A stretch of DNA of 64,000 nt from Longimicrobiales bacterium (GTDB lineage Bacteria; Gemmatimonadota; Gemmatimonadetes; Longimicrobiales; Gaopeijiaceae): contig CBDCNQ010000004.1 in the NCBI GenBank assembly GCA_965219445.1, forward strand, positions 1,120,001 through 1,184,000. The letters run 5' to 3'. The translations under genes and the position numbers were made by a program. Below the pieces are notes generated by a model, which saw only the letters and a program-made list of their open reading frames with translations, was not told where the DNA came from and ran no database searches. Below are positions 1 to 9,603 of this stretch, piece by piece (the stretch's first letter is position 1; every line of letters starts with the position of its first letter).

Positions 1-1346
1 AAGTGCAGATCCGCCCGGGGTGTCGGCTCCCTGCCCTGATCAGCGTTCTTCGCCTGGACCAGCTCGAGCAGCGTTGTCGTCGCTCCGCCATCGCGGAACA
101 GCACCCTCCGGATCGCGGCTTGTCCGCCATCCCGTAGGCCGTCGGCAGGCACATGAAACACCTGGCCGCTCGGGAGGTCGCCCCAGAGCACCCGGTTCGT
201 GAGCTGTGGGATCCGATCGTCCCGGTATGCCACTACACCTGTGGCCGCCGACCCCGACTGGAGTAGCGGATCGTTCTGGTCGAACTCAGCCACAGGGTAG
301 GTAATCCACGGCTCCCCCCTCGGGTTCGACAGCTCGACGCGAGTGTTACTCACCACTCGGTAGCTCCCCTCCCAGGTGTTCCAACCCAGGTCACCACCGG
401 CCGGCACGACGTTGAGCGTCTCCACGACGCTCTGTCCGATGTCGGCCATGAGGAGATCGCCAGTCACCACGTCCCAGTCGAACCCCTGCGGATTGCGAAC
501 CCCCGACGCGTAGATCTCACCCAGTGTGCGGTCGACACTGTCTCGCGCGTAGGGGTTGCCCTCAGGCACACCGTAGCGCCCGTTCGCACTGTTGGAGCCC
601 AACGGGTGGATCCGCAGGATCTTGCCGAACACCGAGCCGAGGTTCTGCGCGATGTCCAACTCGTCGCCCGCGGCGCCGCCGTCCGCCATGCCGATGTACA
701 GCAGTCCGAAATCCGGATCGCCCGCCGACGAGGTCGGGTTGAATCCGATCCGGCCGCCGTTGTGATTCTCGAAGGGCTGCTCCACCCGCAACAGCTCCCG
801 AGGCGGGCCACCGTCGTAGGTCGCCGCCGCCGGGTCGCGTGCGGTCCATTCGAGGAGCACGATGTCGTGGTCGTCGACGCCCCCGCCGGGAACGAAGTCG
901 GGCTCCGGAGTCGTATTGTCCGTATCGATCCACGTGTAGAGCTTCCCGTATCCCGCGGTGCCGGGCTCGTTGAAGTGCGGATGGAACGCGAAGCTCTGCA
1001 GCCCAACTTCCATGATCGGAACGACCTCGGGAGGCGTCTCCACCTCGACCTCCCACCTGGATTCGCGGGCGTCGAGGTATCGGGTCACGCTCCCGCCGTA
1101 GCTGATGGCGTAAACGAGGCCCCACATGTCGTTGACGAAAAGGCGGCCGGAGCCCGGCTGGTCGACGAGGACCATGGGCCGGGCGGGCGCTCCGTCGATG
1201 TCCGGAAGGGTTGCGAACTCCTCGAGCCCGACAATGATCGCGCCCTCGGACGCCGGAATCGGGTCCGGGAACGGGTCGTTGGTAATCTGAGCGACGGCGG
1301 GGCCGGCGATCAGCAATGCTGCGACGACGGGGTGGATCGTGGCCAA
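1..1346 (-). CDS. PQQ-dependent sugar dehydrogenase (glucose/sorbosone dehydrogenase family), 3' end runs off the window
   Basis: Not in the ORF track. Manual minus-strand translation from TTG 1346 (GAGGGG RBS) gives a signal peptide, then AFHPHF, NHNGG, LYIGMADGG, GKILRI, GNPY, EIYASGVRNP and DLGWN motifs, open to position 1. Confidence 0.85.
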   Translation of the reverse strand, partial: MATIHPVVAALLIAGPAVAQITNDPFPDPIPASEGAIIVGLEEFATLPDIDGAPARPMVLVDQPGSGRLFVNDMWGLVYAISYGGSVTRYLDARESRWEVEVETPPEVVPIMEVGLQSFAFHPHFNEPGTAGYGKLYTWIDTDNTTPEPDFVPGGGVDDHDIVLLEWTARDPAAATYDGGPPRELLRVEQPFENHNGGRIGFNPTSSAGDPDFGLLYIGMADGGAAGDELDIAQNLGSVFGKILRIHPLGSNSANGRYGVPEGNPYARDSVDRTLGEIYASGVRNPQGFDWDVVTGDLLMADIGQSVVETLNVVPAGGDLGWNTWEGSYRVVSNTRVELSNPRGEPWITYPVAEFDQNDPLLQSGSAATGVVAYRDDRIPQLTNRVLWGDLPSGQVFHVPADGLRDGGQAAIRRVLFRDGGATTTLLELVQAKNADQGREPTPRADLH

Positions 1347-1436
1347 ATAGGCCCCCCTCAACGGTATTCCTCGTAGGCTGCCCTCAACCAGCGCTCGGTG
1401 CCGTCGGACCGCGGGAGAAGTGCTCAATGGCGTCTC

Positions 1437-2198
1437 TCAGTTCCGAGTCAACGGAACGAACCGGACGGCAATAACATCACGTATCTCGACCTCACCCCCA
1501 GGCAGCTTCTCCACAACTTTCAGGATCTGGAAGGAGGACTGATCACCCACCGGAATGATCATCCGGGCACCAGGCTTCAGCTGGTCCACCAATGGCGGTG
1601 GGACGTCCTCGGCCCCCGCCGTGACGAGGATTCCGTCGAACGGGCCCTGCTCGGGCCATCCGAGGTATCCGTCACCGGCGCGGACGAACACGTTCGAGAC
1701 TCCAAGTCGGAGGAGTCGGTCCCCCGCTGAGCTCGCCAGCCCCGGAATGATCTCGATACTGTAGACCTCGGAGACCAACTCGGCCGCAACGGCTGCCTGA
1801 TATCCGGAACCCGTTCCGACCTCCAATATCCGGTCATCCGGCGCCGGCTGAAGGAGCTCTGTCATCAATCCGACGATGTAGGGCTGTGAAATCGTCTGCT
1901 CGAACTCGATCGGTAGGGGCGTATCACGGTAGGCAAGGGCCCTATACGGCGCAGGGACGTACTCGTGGCGAGGGACCCGTGACATGGCATCGAGAACCCG
2001 AGAGTCGGTGACTCCACGCGCCTCAATCTGTTCCTCCACCATCTGGCGCCGTGCCTCCTCGAAGTCGACGTCCTGGGGTGAGCCGGTGGACGAAGTGGCT
2101 TGGTCCGGCGTCGCTGGAAGACACAACACGTTCACGGCAATGATGAGGCCAACGCGTCGTGCGGTACGGCTGGAGAGATCTCCTAGGGAGATCGGCAT
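1437..2198 (-). CDS. pcm: Protein-L-isoaspartate O-methyltransferase
   Basis: VPRHEY, QTISQPYIV, ILEVGTGSGYQAA, GDGYLGW and VRFVPL motifs. Confidence 0.93.
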   Translation of the reverse strand: MPISLGDLSSRTARRVGLIIAVNVLCLPATPDQATSSTGSPQDVDFEEARRQMVEEQIEARGVTDSRVLDAMSRVPRHEYVPAPYRALAYRDTPLPIEFEQTISQPYIVGLMTELLQPAPDDRILEVGTGSGYQAAVAAELVSEVYSIEIIPGLASSAGDRLLRLGVSNVFVRAGDGYLGWPEQGPFDGILVTAGAEDVPPPLVDQLKPGARMIIPVGDQSSFQILKVVEKLPGGEVEIRDVIAVRFVPLTRN

Positions 2199-2314
2199 CT
2201 TTGGTCCCTCCTCGCTCCTAATCTCGCCCTTGTAGAGCGGCGCGTCGAGCTAGCCCTCGGAGTCCTCCGAATCCGACTCCCTCTCGACCTCGATCGAGCA
2301 GCACACGGGCCTGA

Positions 2315-3037
2315 TCAGCAACCGTCAACGGGTCGGGCCTCGGCGCCGCTCTCCAGGACCATGGGGACTTTGGAGTGGAGTGCACCCCGAAGCCACTGGC
2401 GCCACGACGCGCGCCGGACCAGGACCACCTGCACGGGAGACTCGATGCGGTTCACCACGAGGAAGTGGACGTCACCCAGTTCCTGGGGCCGTGGCAGCCG
2501 ATAGGACTGCTCGTTCAAGGTGAACTCGATTTCCGCCAGGCGATCGAACTCCTCGGCCGTGAGGACCCGCTCGATGTACACCTCGTCTTCTACCCGGTAC
2601 ACGCCCTCGCCCACGGGCTCGCCCCAATGGAAGTACCAAGGGTCGAACGCCTCGCCCCGCTCCCGCTTGAACGACTCGTCCACGGCGTAGTCCATCGCCT
2701 CGAGGGCGTCTTCGTCGGCCAGGGATTCGAGGTGGTGCTGGAGCTCGTGCGTAAGGGTCGCCCAGAGCTCACCCTCCCAGTCGAAGTCGGGATCCTCCTC
2801 GACCATCTTGCGGAAGGAGCCGTAGTAGAGGACCACCCGTGAGCGAGTGGTCTCGGGGCCCTGCCACTCCGAGTTGAAGGCCTGTGTGAGACATTCACCC
2901 AGTGTGACGACGCCCGGGAGTTCGGGATGGGTCTTCACCGCCTCGACAGTCGTGACGCCATCCACACCCTCTCGATACGCCTTGGGAACACTTTGGAAGG
3001 CTTCCTGGGCCACGCGGGAGAAGTCGTCGAAGGTCAT
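2315..3037 (-). CDS. Zincin-like metallopeptidase family protein
   Basis: C-terminal part of track ORF 2315..4087 starting MTFDDF; VVLYYGSF and TLTHELQHH (HExxH). The longer N-terminal extension is antisense to the next gene. Confidence 0.8.
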   Translation of the reverse strand: MTFDDFSRVAQEAFQSVPKAYREGVDGVTTVEAVKTHPELPGVVTLGECLTQAFNSEWQGPETTRSRVVLYYGSFRKMVEEDPDFDWEGELWATLTHELQHHLESLADEDALEAMDYAVDESFKRERGEAFDPWYFHWGEPVGEGVYRVEDEVYIERVLTAEEFDRLAEIEFTLNEQSYRLPRPQELGDVHFLVVNRIESPVQVVLVRRASWRQWLRGALHSKVPMVLESGAEARPVDGC

Positions 3038-3223
3038 CACGGGGATCAGCTTGGCCGAAGGGAACGCCAGGGTCAACGGGTGGATCGCTCCCCCGAGAGT
3101 CCGACCGAAGACCAGGCGATTAGGTTGCTTGCCCAGACTGCCCGCACCCCTCACCTTATCACCCCCGTGAAGGGACTCCTGGTGTGACTGTCCCCGGCGA
3201 ACCCGTTGAGAAGGAGACGGTTC

Positions 3224-4147
3224 ATGAGAATGCTCACCCGTGTCACAGCCGCGACGCTGACGGTGTTCTGCCTGGCCACACCGGTCCACGCACAGAGCAC
3301 CGCGTCCATCATCCCGGACGTTGTCTATGGCCATAAGGACGGGATGGCTCTGACGTTCGACGTCTTCATGCCACCTGGTGAGCCCAACGGAGCCGGAATC
3401 CTCAACATGGTGAGCGGCGGCTGGATTTCGCGGTGGAGGGCCCCTGAGCAGGCCCGGCAGGGGTACGAGGCGCTCTTGAACCAGGGGTTTACGGTCTTCT
3501 CCATTCGTCACGGAAGCAGCCCGAGGTTCAACGTCCCAGAAGCGTACGCCGATGTGAATCGCGCGGTGCGCTTTGTGCGCCTCAACGCCTCGACCTATGG
3601 AGTGGACCCGGCGCGCCTTGGCGTCTACGGAGGGAGTGCCGGTGGCCATCTCTCCCTCATGTTGGGCCTTGCGTCGGACGAGGGTGACCCCGAGGCGACG
3701 GACGAAGTGCTGCGTATGAGTAGTCGCGTCGCAGCGGTCGTCGCGTACTACCCCCCCGTGGATCTGCGCAAGCGGCCCATTCCGAGCGAGGATTTTCCCG
3801 CTACACTCCCGGAGAGTGGCCTCTTTTTCGCGCGCGGGGTGGTCGCGCCAGGTGCTGCTGACCGCTTCGTTGCGCTTGAGTTCGAAGACGAACTCGGCGC
3901 TTCGGTGTCGCCGATCGTGCACGTTTCCTCCGACGATCCGCCGACCCTGTTGGTTCATGGAGACGCAGACGCGCTCGTCGATCTCAACAACAGCGAGCTG
4001 ATCCACGCGGCCTTTCAGAGTAAAGGCGTTGAGACCGACCTCGTGGTCATCGAGGGTGCTGGTCACGGGTTTCGAACCGAGGAGCACCGCACGCTCGCCT
4101 CAGACGCGCTGGTCGCGTGGTTCGAGGAGCATTTGACAGCGCGTTAG
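3224..4147 (+). CDS. Secreted alpha/beta hydrolase (esterase/lipase)
   Basis: Signal peptide, SGGW oxyanion region, GGSAGGHL nucleophile, HGDAD and GAGHGF. Confidence 0.88.
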   Translation: MRMLTRVTAATLTVFCLATPVHAQSTASIIPDVVYGHKDGMALTFDVFMPPGEPNGAGILNMVSGGWISRWRAPEQARQGYEALLNQGFTVFSIRHGSSPRFNVPEAYADVNRAVRFVRLNASTYGVDPARLGVYGGSAGGHLSLMLGLASDEGDPEATDEVLRMSSRVAAVVAYYPPVDLRKRPIPSEDFPATLPESGLFFARGVVAPGAADRFVALEFEDELGASVSPIVHVSSDDPPTLLVHGDADALVDLNNSELIHAAFQSKGVETDLVVIEGAGHGFRTEEHRTLASDALVAWFEEHLTAR

Positions 4148-4175
4148 GAGCTAGACGCCAAACTGTCTGAGGTGG

Positions 4176-4580
4176 TCAATAGGTCTCCCACGTGCCTGGC
4201 GTCACGAGCTCGAGTAGATGTCCGTCGGGGTCTCGGAAGTAGAGGCTCCGGCCCCCTCTCTCCCATTCGATTTCGCTCTCGACCTCGACATCCTGCTCGA
4301 GCAGCCACTGCTCCCATTGCATCACATCACTCTCTTGGATGGCGAAGGCGAAATGAGACGTTCCCTCACCGTCGTGCCCCGGTAACACGCCTCCAGGCAC
4401 GTTCATAGCCTCGCTCGACGCCCCGTGCTTGAACAAGAGCAATATCTGCTTCCCTTCCACGTCGAGCGCAGCGATCCGCTCTTTCGAGATCAGTACTGGA
4501 AAACCGAAGAGGCGGTTGTAGAAAGCGGATGCTCGCGAAACGTCCTGCACGTACAGGCCGAACTCCAACATCCCTTGCAC
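4176..4580 (-). CDS. VOC/glyoxalase family protein
   Basis: HFAF and SLYFRDPDGHLLEL motifs. Confidence 0.88.
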   Translation of the reverse strand: MQGMLEFGLYVQDVSRASAFYNRLFGFPVLISKERIAALDVEGKQILLLFKHGASSEAMNVPGGVLPGHDGEGTSHFAFAIQESDVMQWEQWLLEQDVEVESEIEWERGGRSLYFRDPDGHLLELVTPGTWETY

Positions 4581-4613
4581 AGGTGGTCTATCCAGGTTCC
4601 CTCCTAAGCGCCG

Positions 4614-4925
4614 TTAGTCGGCGCCACTATGCCTCCGGATGTAACTGATGTTCGTGACCACCCCGATGGCACAGGCGATGGCAAACAGCACATGGGCGCC
4701 GACCACCACTCGTGACCCCCAGGTCGTATCGAACAGCACGTCCACCCCTAATGCGACCAGCACGAAAAAGAGGGCCATCACCGGAACGGGCATTAGCGAA
4801 ACGCCGCGAGTTCGCCCGGATTCGAGGGGGTTCTTTAGGTCCTCGACACCAGCCTGAGTCAGACTTGCAACCAGGTTCATGAACCACGTCAGCGCCACGA
4901 CGAGGATCAGAATCCAGGTGGACAC
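4614..4925 (-). CDS. Small membrane protein, unknown function
   Basis: Three hydrophobic segments; fits the minus-strand gene run. Confidence 0.6.
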   Translation of the reverse strand: MSTWILILVVALTWFMNLVASLTQAGVEDLKNPLESGRTRGVSLMPVPVMALFFVLVALGVDVLFDTTWGSRVVVGAHVLFAIACAIGVVTNISYIRRHSGAD

Positions 4926-4942
4926 GTGAGCCGACTCCTAAC

Positions 4943-5027
4943 GGGCCATCAGAGCCGAATCAGCTTGGGTCGGAACCCAGGAACCGGATCAGCTCCCGTG
5001 GGAACCCAAGAACCGAATCAGCTCCCG
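4943..5027. repeat. Degenerate 29-bp tandem repeat (2 near-perfect copies plus 1 partial) at a gene 3' end
   Basis: ggaacccaggaaccggatcagctcccg (4972-4998) vs ggaacccaagaaccgaatcagctcccg (5001-5027); agagccgaatcagct at 4951 is in the same 29-bp register. Confidence 0.8.
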
Positions 5028-6005
5028 GTTGAAGATCTCCGGCGCCTCCAGGTGCGGATTGTGCCCCACATTGGGAATCAATACCAGCTCGGCGTTCTGA
5101 AGCGCCTTCGCCACCTTGCCGGCGATCTCGGGAAAATCCGGACCATCCTCCGCGCCCCCGATGACCATCGCCCTCGTCGCCATCTGCGGCCAATCGTGCA
5201 CTACGGTATCGATCGAACGGGCGTTGCCGGCCATCGCCCGCACCAGATTCAGGCGGGGCCACTCACTGCTCAGCGCATTTCCGTAACGGATGCGGACATG
5301 TTCGAGGAACTCGGGCTTCCACTCCACTACACGGCCCATTTCTCCAGCCAGGGCCCTCTCGTACAGCTGTCGAAGGTCGGGCGGCGCACTCTCTCCACTC
5401 GGTTCGCGCCACGGTCGCCCTGCCCGTGAATCCGTGAGCCCGATTGCGTTCACCATCACGAGCTCGGTCGCGGTCTCCGGATACAGGAAGGCGAAACGAC
5501 TGGCCATTTGTCCGCCAAAGGAATGGCCCGCCACCGCTGCCTCGGAGATTCCGAGATGGTCTAGAATCGCCTTGGTGTTGGACGCGTGGAGGTTGATGTT
5601 GTACGGAAGAATCGGCTTGGACGAGCGGCCCCAACCGAGGCGGTCCTTCACCACCACGCGATACCCCTCGTTACGGAGCGCCTCGATCGTGTCCTTCCAG
5701 TACCATCCGTAATAGCCGCCCCCGTGTAACAGCATGACCGTGCGCCCATTCGGCTCGCCGACGGGCGCCACGTCCATATACGCGATCCGGACATCCTGCC
5801 CGAACAGATTCCGATCGAGGAATTGCACCGGATGCGGGTACGGGACGTCTTCGAGGTTGATCGAGACCGCTCCCCAGTGGGCCGGGGGCTCGGACGGGGG
5901 CGAAGCCGCCTGAGCCTGTAACGCTCGGCCGTAGGGCGCCATGGCGAGAGCAAGGAGCAGAAGTGTCGGCGATGGATACCGGACAAGCGTACGTCGGACG
6001 GTCAC
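4989..6005 (-). CDS. Secreted alpha/beta hydrolase
   Basis: GTG start after AAAGGAGG; LLHGG, DRLGWGRS, GHSFGG and VGHNPHLE motifs. Confidence 0.88.
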   Translation of the reverse strand: MTVRRTLVRYPSPTLLLLALAMAPYGRALQAQAASPPSEPPAHWGAVSINLEDVPYPHPVQFLDRNLFGQDVRIAYMDVAPVGEPNGRTVMLLHGGGYYGWYWKDTIEALRNEGYRVVVKDRLGWGRSSKPILPYNINLHASNTKAILDHLGISEAAVAGHSFGGQMASRFAFLYPETATELVMVNAIGLTDSRAGRPWREPSGESAPPDLRQLYERALAGEMGRVVEWKPEFLEHVRIRYGNALSSEWPRLNLVRAMAGNARSIDTVVHDWPQMATRAMVIGGAEDGPDFPEIAGKVAKALQNAELVLIPNVGHNPHLEAPEIFNRELIRFLGSHGS

Positions 6006-6081
6006 TCTTCCTCCTTTAAACCGCATCCGATTCGTTGATCGGAAAGATCTGCTCACAGGCCGAATCCTGAAGGCCGTTCGT

Positions 6082-6510
6082 TCAACCGTCCGAGGAGATC
6101 GTAATCTTGAAGCCGTCCGGGTCCGCAAGGCTGAAGGCTCGTGAACCCCAAGGCGTATCCGCCGGAGGTGACTCCAAGGTTCCACCCCGTTTCTCGATCC
6201 TTGCCGCGATCTCGTCCACGTCATCGGCGGTGGCCAGGTGTAGCCGAAACCCTTCACCCTTCACTCGGTCACGGCCCTTCGCCCAGTCGTCCTGGAGCAA
6301 GAAAAGGCCGATCCCCCCGGCAAGGAGACGGGCACCCCCGACCTTCCCCTCGTGTTCCCAGGTCTCCTCCACATGAAACCCGACCACGTCTCGATACCAT
6401 GGGAGGCTCACATCGATGTCTGAGACCGTCAACGCCGGTCGCACGCTACGCAACTCGAGAGTCTCGGGGCCGCCGTTGTCCCCACCGTCCAGCTCTGATT
6501 CGGTGCTCAC
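6082..6510 (-). CDS. VOC/glyoxalase family protein
   Basis: WYRDVVGF and PWGSRAFSLADPDGFKITI motifs. Confidence 0.85.
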   Translation of the reverse strand: MSTESELDGGDNGGPETLELRSVRPALTVSDIDVSLPWYRDVVGFHVEETWEHEGKVGGARLLAGGIGLFLLQDDWAKGRDRVKGEGFRLHLATADDVDEIAARIEKRGGTLESPPADTPWGSRAFSLADPDGFKITISSDG

Positions 6511-6591
6511 GCTAATCTCCGTTCATGCTCAGCTCGAGTCGGGCGCACGATCGGCGGCACCCCCGATTCCTTCCTCAAGGCTTCCGGCCAT

Positions 6592-6635
6592 CCCAACGGC
6601 GACCCAACGACGACCCAACGGCTACCCAGCGGCTA
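6592..6635. repeat. 11-bp tandem repeat, 4 copies
   Basis: cccaacggcga cccaacgacga cccaacggcta cccagcggcta; the last unit contains the TAG stop of the NHL gene. Confidence 0.8.
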
Positions 6636-7844
6636 CCGCCTGACGTACTTCGTCAGCCCGCCGTCCACTGCAGGCAGGGACCCCGGCCCTTCCGCCGCAT
6701 ACACATTTCCATCGCCGTCAACCGATACGCCTTCCCCGGCGACGTTCTGGGGCCGGTCTTCATAGGCGTGCCCCGGGATGAACGCGGTGACCACGTCGGC
6801 GGTGGCGCTCCCGATTCGGATGCCGGTACTCCAGCCGGGGTGGTTCGTGTCTCTCGTTTCGGAGTCGATCGCGTACAACATGTCATCATCGGTGATGAAT
6901 AGGCCGCTGATCCGGCTGAACTGGTAGTACGAGTCGAGGTAGTTCCCGTCCTGGTCGAAGATCTGGATCCGGTGGTTGCCCCGGTCGGCCACGAAGAGGC
7001 GGCCCCGCGAGTCGAACTCCAACGCGTGCGGGGTCCGGAACTCGCCGGTACCGGTCCCGATCTGCCCCCATTCCATGATGAACTCGCCGTCGGGGGTGTA
7101 CTTCAGGATCCGTCCGGTGGAGCCCGCGGGAGGGTCCTGACTCTGCCCGTTGTGCCCGTCCGCAACGAAGATGTTTCCGTTCGGCGCCGTGATCACATCG
7201 TTCGGCTGGTTGAGTTGGCCGGGACCACTTCCCGGCACGCCGGCCTGGCCGAGTCGCATCAGGACCTCGCCCTCCGGGCTGAATTTGATCACCTGATGAC
7301 CCTTCGTACCGGCCTCGTTCCCGGCGAAGTCGGTCACCCAGACGTTGCCGTCGTCGTCCACGTGAATTCCGTGGGGGGTGACGAACAGGCCCGCACCAAA
7401 GCTGGCCAACAACTCTCCGGTGTTATGGTCGTACTTGACGATCGGGTCCACGGGGTTGTTCTCGCAGTTGATCCCGGGTCCACCCGCCGAGCCCGATCCG
7501 CACCGGTCGTAGGCCCACACGTGCCCATCGGGTCCGATATCGGTGCCCGCCGTCGAGCCCCATTCGCGGCCGTCGGGCAGCAGTCCCCAGTTCGTCATCA
7601 CGGTCGGATTGGGGTTCGAGAGCATGTTCAGCGCCGGGTCGGTGACCATATCCGCCGGCGTGTTGGTGGTGCCCGGCGGCGGGAGCATGAAGGCTGGCGC
7701 CTCATCGCCGGCGGTCATTTCACTACTCATGACCACTTCATCTTCCATGGCCATTTCATCGTCGGCGGGCCCGGCACATCCCGCGATCAGTGTCAGGGAA
7801 AGAGCGAAGGGGATTACACGCATCGAGTGCTTGGAGAATGACAT
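6633..7844 (-). CDS. NHL-repeat lipoprotein (peptidyl-alpha-hydroxyglycine amidating lyase-like)
   Basis: Lipobox IAGC; NHL repeats PHGIHVDDDGNVWVTD, PNDVITAPNGNIFVADG and PHALEFDSRGRLFVADRGNHRIQIFD. Confidence 0.85.
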   Translation of the reverse strand: MSFSKHSMRVIPFALSLTLIAGCAGPADDEMAMEDEVVMSSEMTAGDEAPAFMLPPPGTTNTPADMVTDPALNMLSNPNPTVMTNWGLLPDGREWGSTAGTDIGPDGHVWAYDRCGSGSAGGPGINCENNPVDPIVKYDHNTGELLASFGAGLFVTPHGIHVDDDGNVWVTDFAGNEAGTKGHQVIKFSPEGEVLMRLGQAGVPGSGPGQLNQPNDVITAPNGNIFVADGHNGQSQDPPAGSTGRILKYTPDGEFIMEWGQIGTGTGEFRTPHALEFDSRGRLFVADRGNHRIQIFDQDGNYLDSYYQFSRISGLFITDDDMLYAIDSETRDTNHPGWSTGIRIGSATADVVTAFIPGHAYEDRPQNVAGEGVSVDGDGNVYAAEGPGSLPAVDGGLTKYVRR

Positions 7845-8013
7845 AGCGGCCTCACTTGAGGATATGTTTTTGACACGCCTATTGGATGCCGTGTCGACCC
7901 TGGACATAGTGAGTTCGCGCCGGAGGCTGCGCAAGAAGAGCGGGGGCTAACCCCCCCCCGAACACCCGGAGTAATGAGCGGCGTTCAGGGGGAATCGAAG
8001 GGCAGGCCGGCTA

Positions 8014-8451
8014 CTATTTGAAGAGCGCCTCGAAGTGGGCGATGCACGCGCCCCAACCGTGCTCATGACTCTCCTTCGCCTCCACAGCCGGGAAGCCCGT
8101 GTGGAGGAGGACGACCTCCGTCGCATCACCGCGGGCCTCGAACTCCACGGTAACGAGCGTCTCACCCATGCGGTTGTCCTCTTCCTTCCAATCCCACGTA
8201 TAGACCAAACGATTCGGCGCGTCGATTTCCTTGTAGGTGCCGACGGCCGTGTGCTCGGTTTCTCCGACACGCATTCTGATCGTGTACTCTCCTCCGACCC
8301 GGAAGTCGCTTGCGACGTCCTGGACCCCGCCCGGCTCGGGGCACGACCACTGCCTCATCAGGTCCGGCTGCGTCCACGCGTTCCAGACTGCCTGTTGATC
8401 CGCCTGAATCAGGCGAGTCATACGGAGGGAGTTCATGGTTTCGACACTCAT
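8014..8451 (-). CDS. SRPBCC/AHSA1 domain protein
   Basis: VWNAWT, DFRVGG, RLVYTW and HEHGW; overlaps the ArsR stop codon. Confidence 0.88.
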   Translation of the reverse strand: MSVETMNSLRMTRLIQADQQAVWNAWTQPDLMRQWSCPEPGGVQDVASDFRVGGEYTIRMRVGETEHTAVGTYKEIDAPNRLVYTWDWKEEDNRMGETLVTVEFEARGDATEVVLLHTGFPAVEAKESHEHGWGACIAHFEALFK

Positions 8452-8828
8452 TTGGGTTTTCCTCCTTCGTTGGGAAGCTGCTCGCTGGCTCCCCCCGTCC
8501 CCGGACCCTCCAGGAAGGTGGCCAGCGAATCCAGCTGCTGTGTCCAGAATTCGCGATGCGCTTCGATCCAGTCACTCGCAACCTCAATGGAGTCCGGGTC
8601 GAAGGAGCATCGGCGCACGCGGCCATCCTTCTCTCGCCGAATCAAGCCCGCCTCCCCCATGACCTTCAGATGTTTCGAGATGGCCATGAGAGAAACTTCG
8701 AACGGCTCTGCCAGATCGCTGACCGATGCGCTTCCCTTGGTGGCGAGCCGGGTCAGCATCGCACGACGAATGGGGTGCGCCAGCGCGGCGAATGTTCGGT
8801 CCAGTTTTTCGTCTGAGAAGGCTACCAC
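8448..8828 (-). CDS. ArsR/SmtB family transcriptional regulator
   Basis: FAALAHPIRR and SKHLKV...AGLI HTH; typical ArsR-SRPBCC pair. Confidence 0.9.
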   Translation of the reverse strand: MVAFSDEKLDRTFAALAHPIRRAMLTRLATKGSASVSDLAEPFEVSLMAISKHLKVMGEAGLIRREKDGRVRRCSFDPDSIEVASDWIEAHREFWTQQLDSLATFLEGPGTGGASEQLPNEGGKPK

Positions 8829-8927
8829 GCGCGGCTCCTATACTAAACTTGTTGGTTTACTATAGGCGCACAGCGGGTCTCCGGCAAGGGTGGGGGTGCG
8901 CTCTACCAGCAGAGCCTCGGACTAGCG

Positions 8928-8955
8928 AACGGGCCGGACCTCAAGGTCCGACCCG
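8928..8955. terminator. Hairpin, possible terminator
   Basis: acgggccggacc-tcaa-ggtccgacccgt, just downstream of the minus-strand gene ending at 8986. Confidence 0.45.
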
Positions 8956-8985
8956 TGCCTCCGCTGACGGTGCGCGGACGATAAG

Positions 8986-9550
8986 CTACTGAATCGTGGC
9001 AGTCCCGGCTGGGAAGCTGGCTAGGTTGCTGGGGATCGAATAGGTGACGTGGTCGGTGGCATTGGCTTCGATCGGGCCGGCCAGCGGCTTGAGCGTGAAC
9101 GGCGCTGCCGAGTCGTCCGGCTCAGGCTCGATCGAGATCACCGCGGTGCCACCGGCGAGATCAGTTGGAAAGACCAGCCCCATCGGGGCGTTCATGAGGA
9201 AGTCTTCCCCGGGGAACGGAGGTCCTGGCTGACTGCCGCTGAACGGGGCACTGAGGTCCGCAGCGTCCGTCGCGGTGAAGCGGCCGGTCGTGACCGGGGT
9301 CCCCTCGATCACGGCCCAACCCTCGAAGGCCCACCCCGCGGGGAGGGTCGGGAGGTCTAGCCCTTCGGCCGGGCTACCCGACGCGAGGGACAGGAACCAG
9401 ATACCACTGTTCTCGTTGGCGGCAGGGTCGTTCGTCGGTGTCGCGAGGATGAAAGACCCCGAGGCACCGGTGAAGTCGTCACCGAGCGCCGATCCGTCGC
9501 CCACCGAAAGGCCGGCTGCTCCGGTATGTTCGGTGAGGCCTGCGACGGGT
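8986..9550 (-). pseudogene. N-terminally truncated secreted protein (family often labelled 'anti-sigma factor')
   Basis: FILATPT, SGIWF, LPAGWAFEGW, PPFPGEDF and ISIEPEPD. The frame closes at a TAA near 9550 with no signal peptide or good start. Confidence 0.55.
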
Positions 9551-9603
9551 TACGGCAGCTACGACACACGTGATGGCGGGCACGACGCCCCTGGGAACCA
9601 CCG

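Noticed and set aside
3038..4087. 590-aa fusion ORF 2315..4087
   Set aside because: The N-terminal ~350 aa are the antisense shadow of the plus-strand hydrolase.
4943..6635. Short repeats as a CRISPR array
   Set aside because: They are tandem with no unique spacers and no cas genes are present; no CRISPR array, tRNA or rRNA was recognised in the window.
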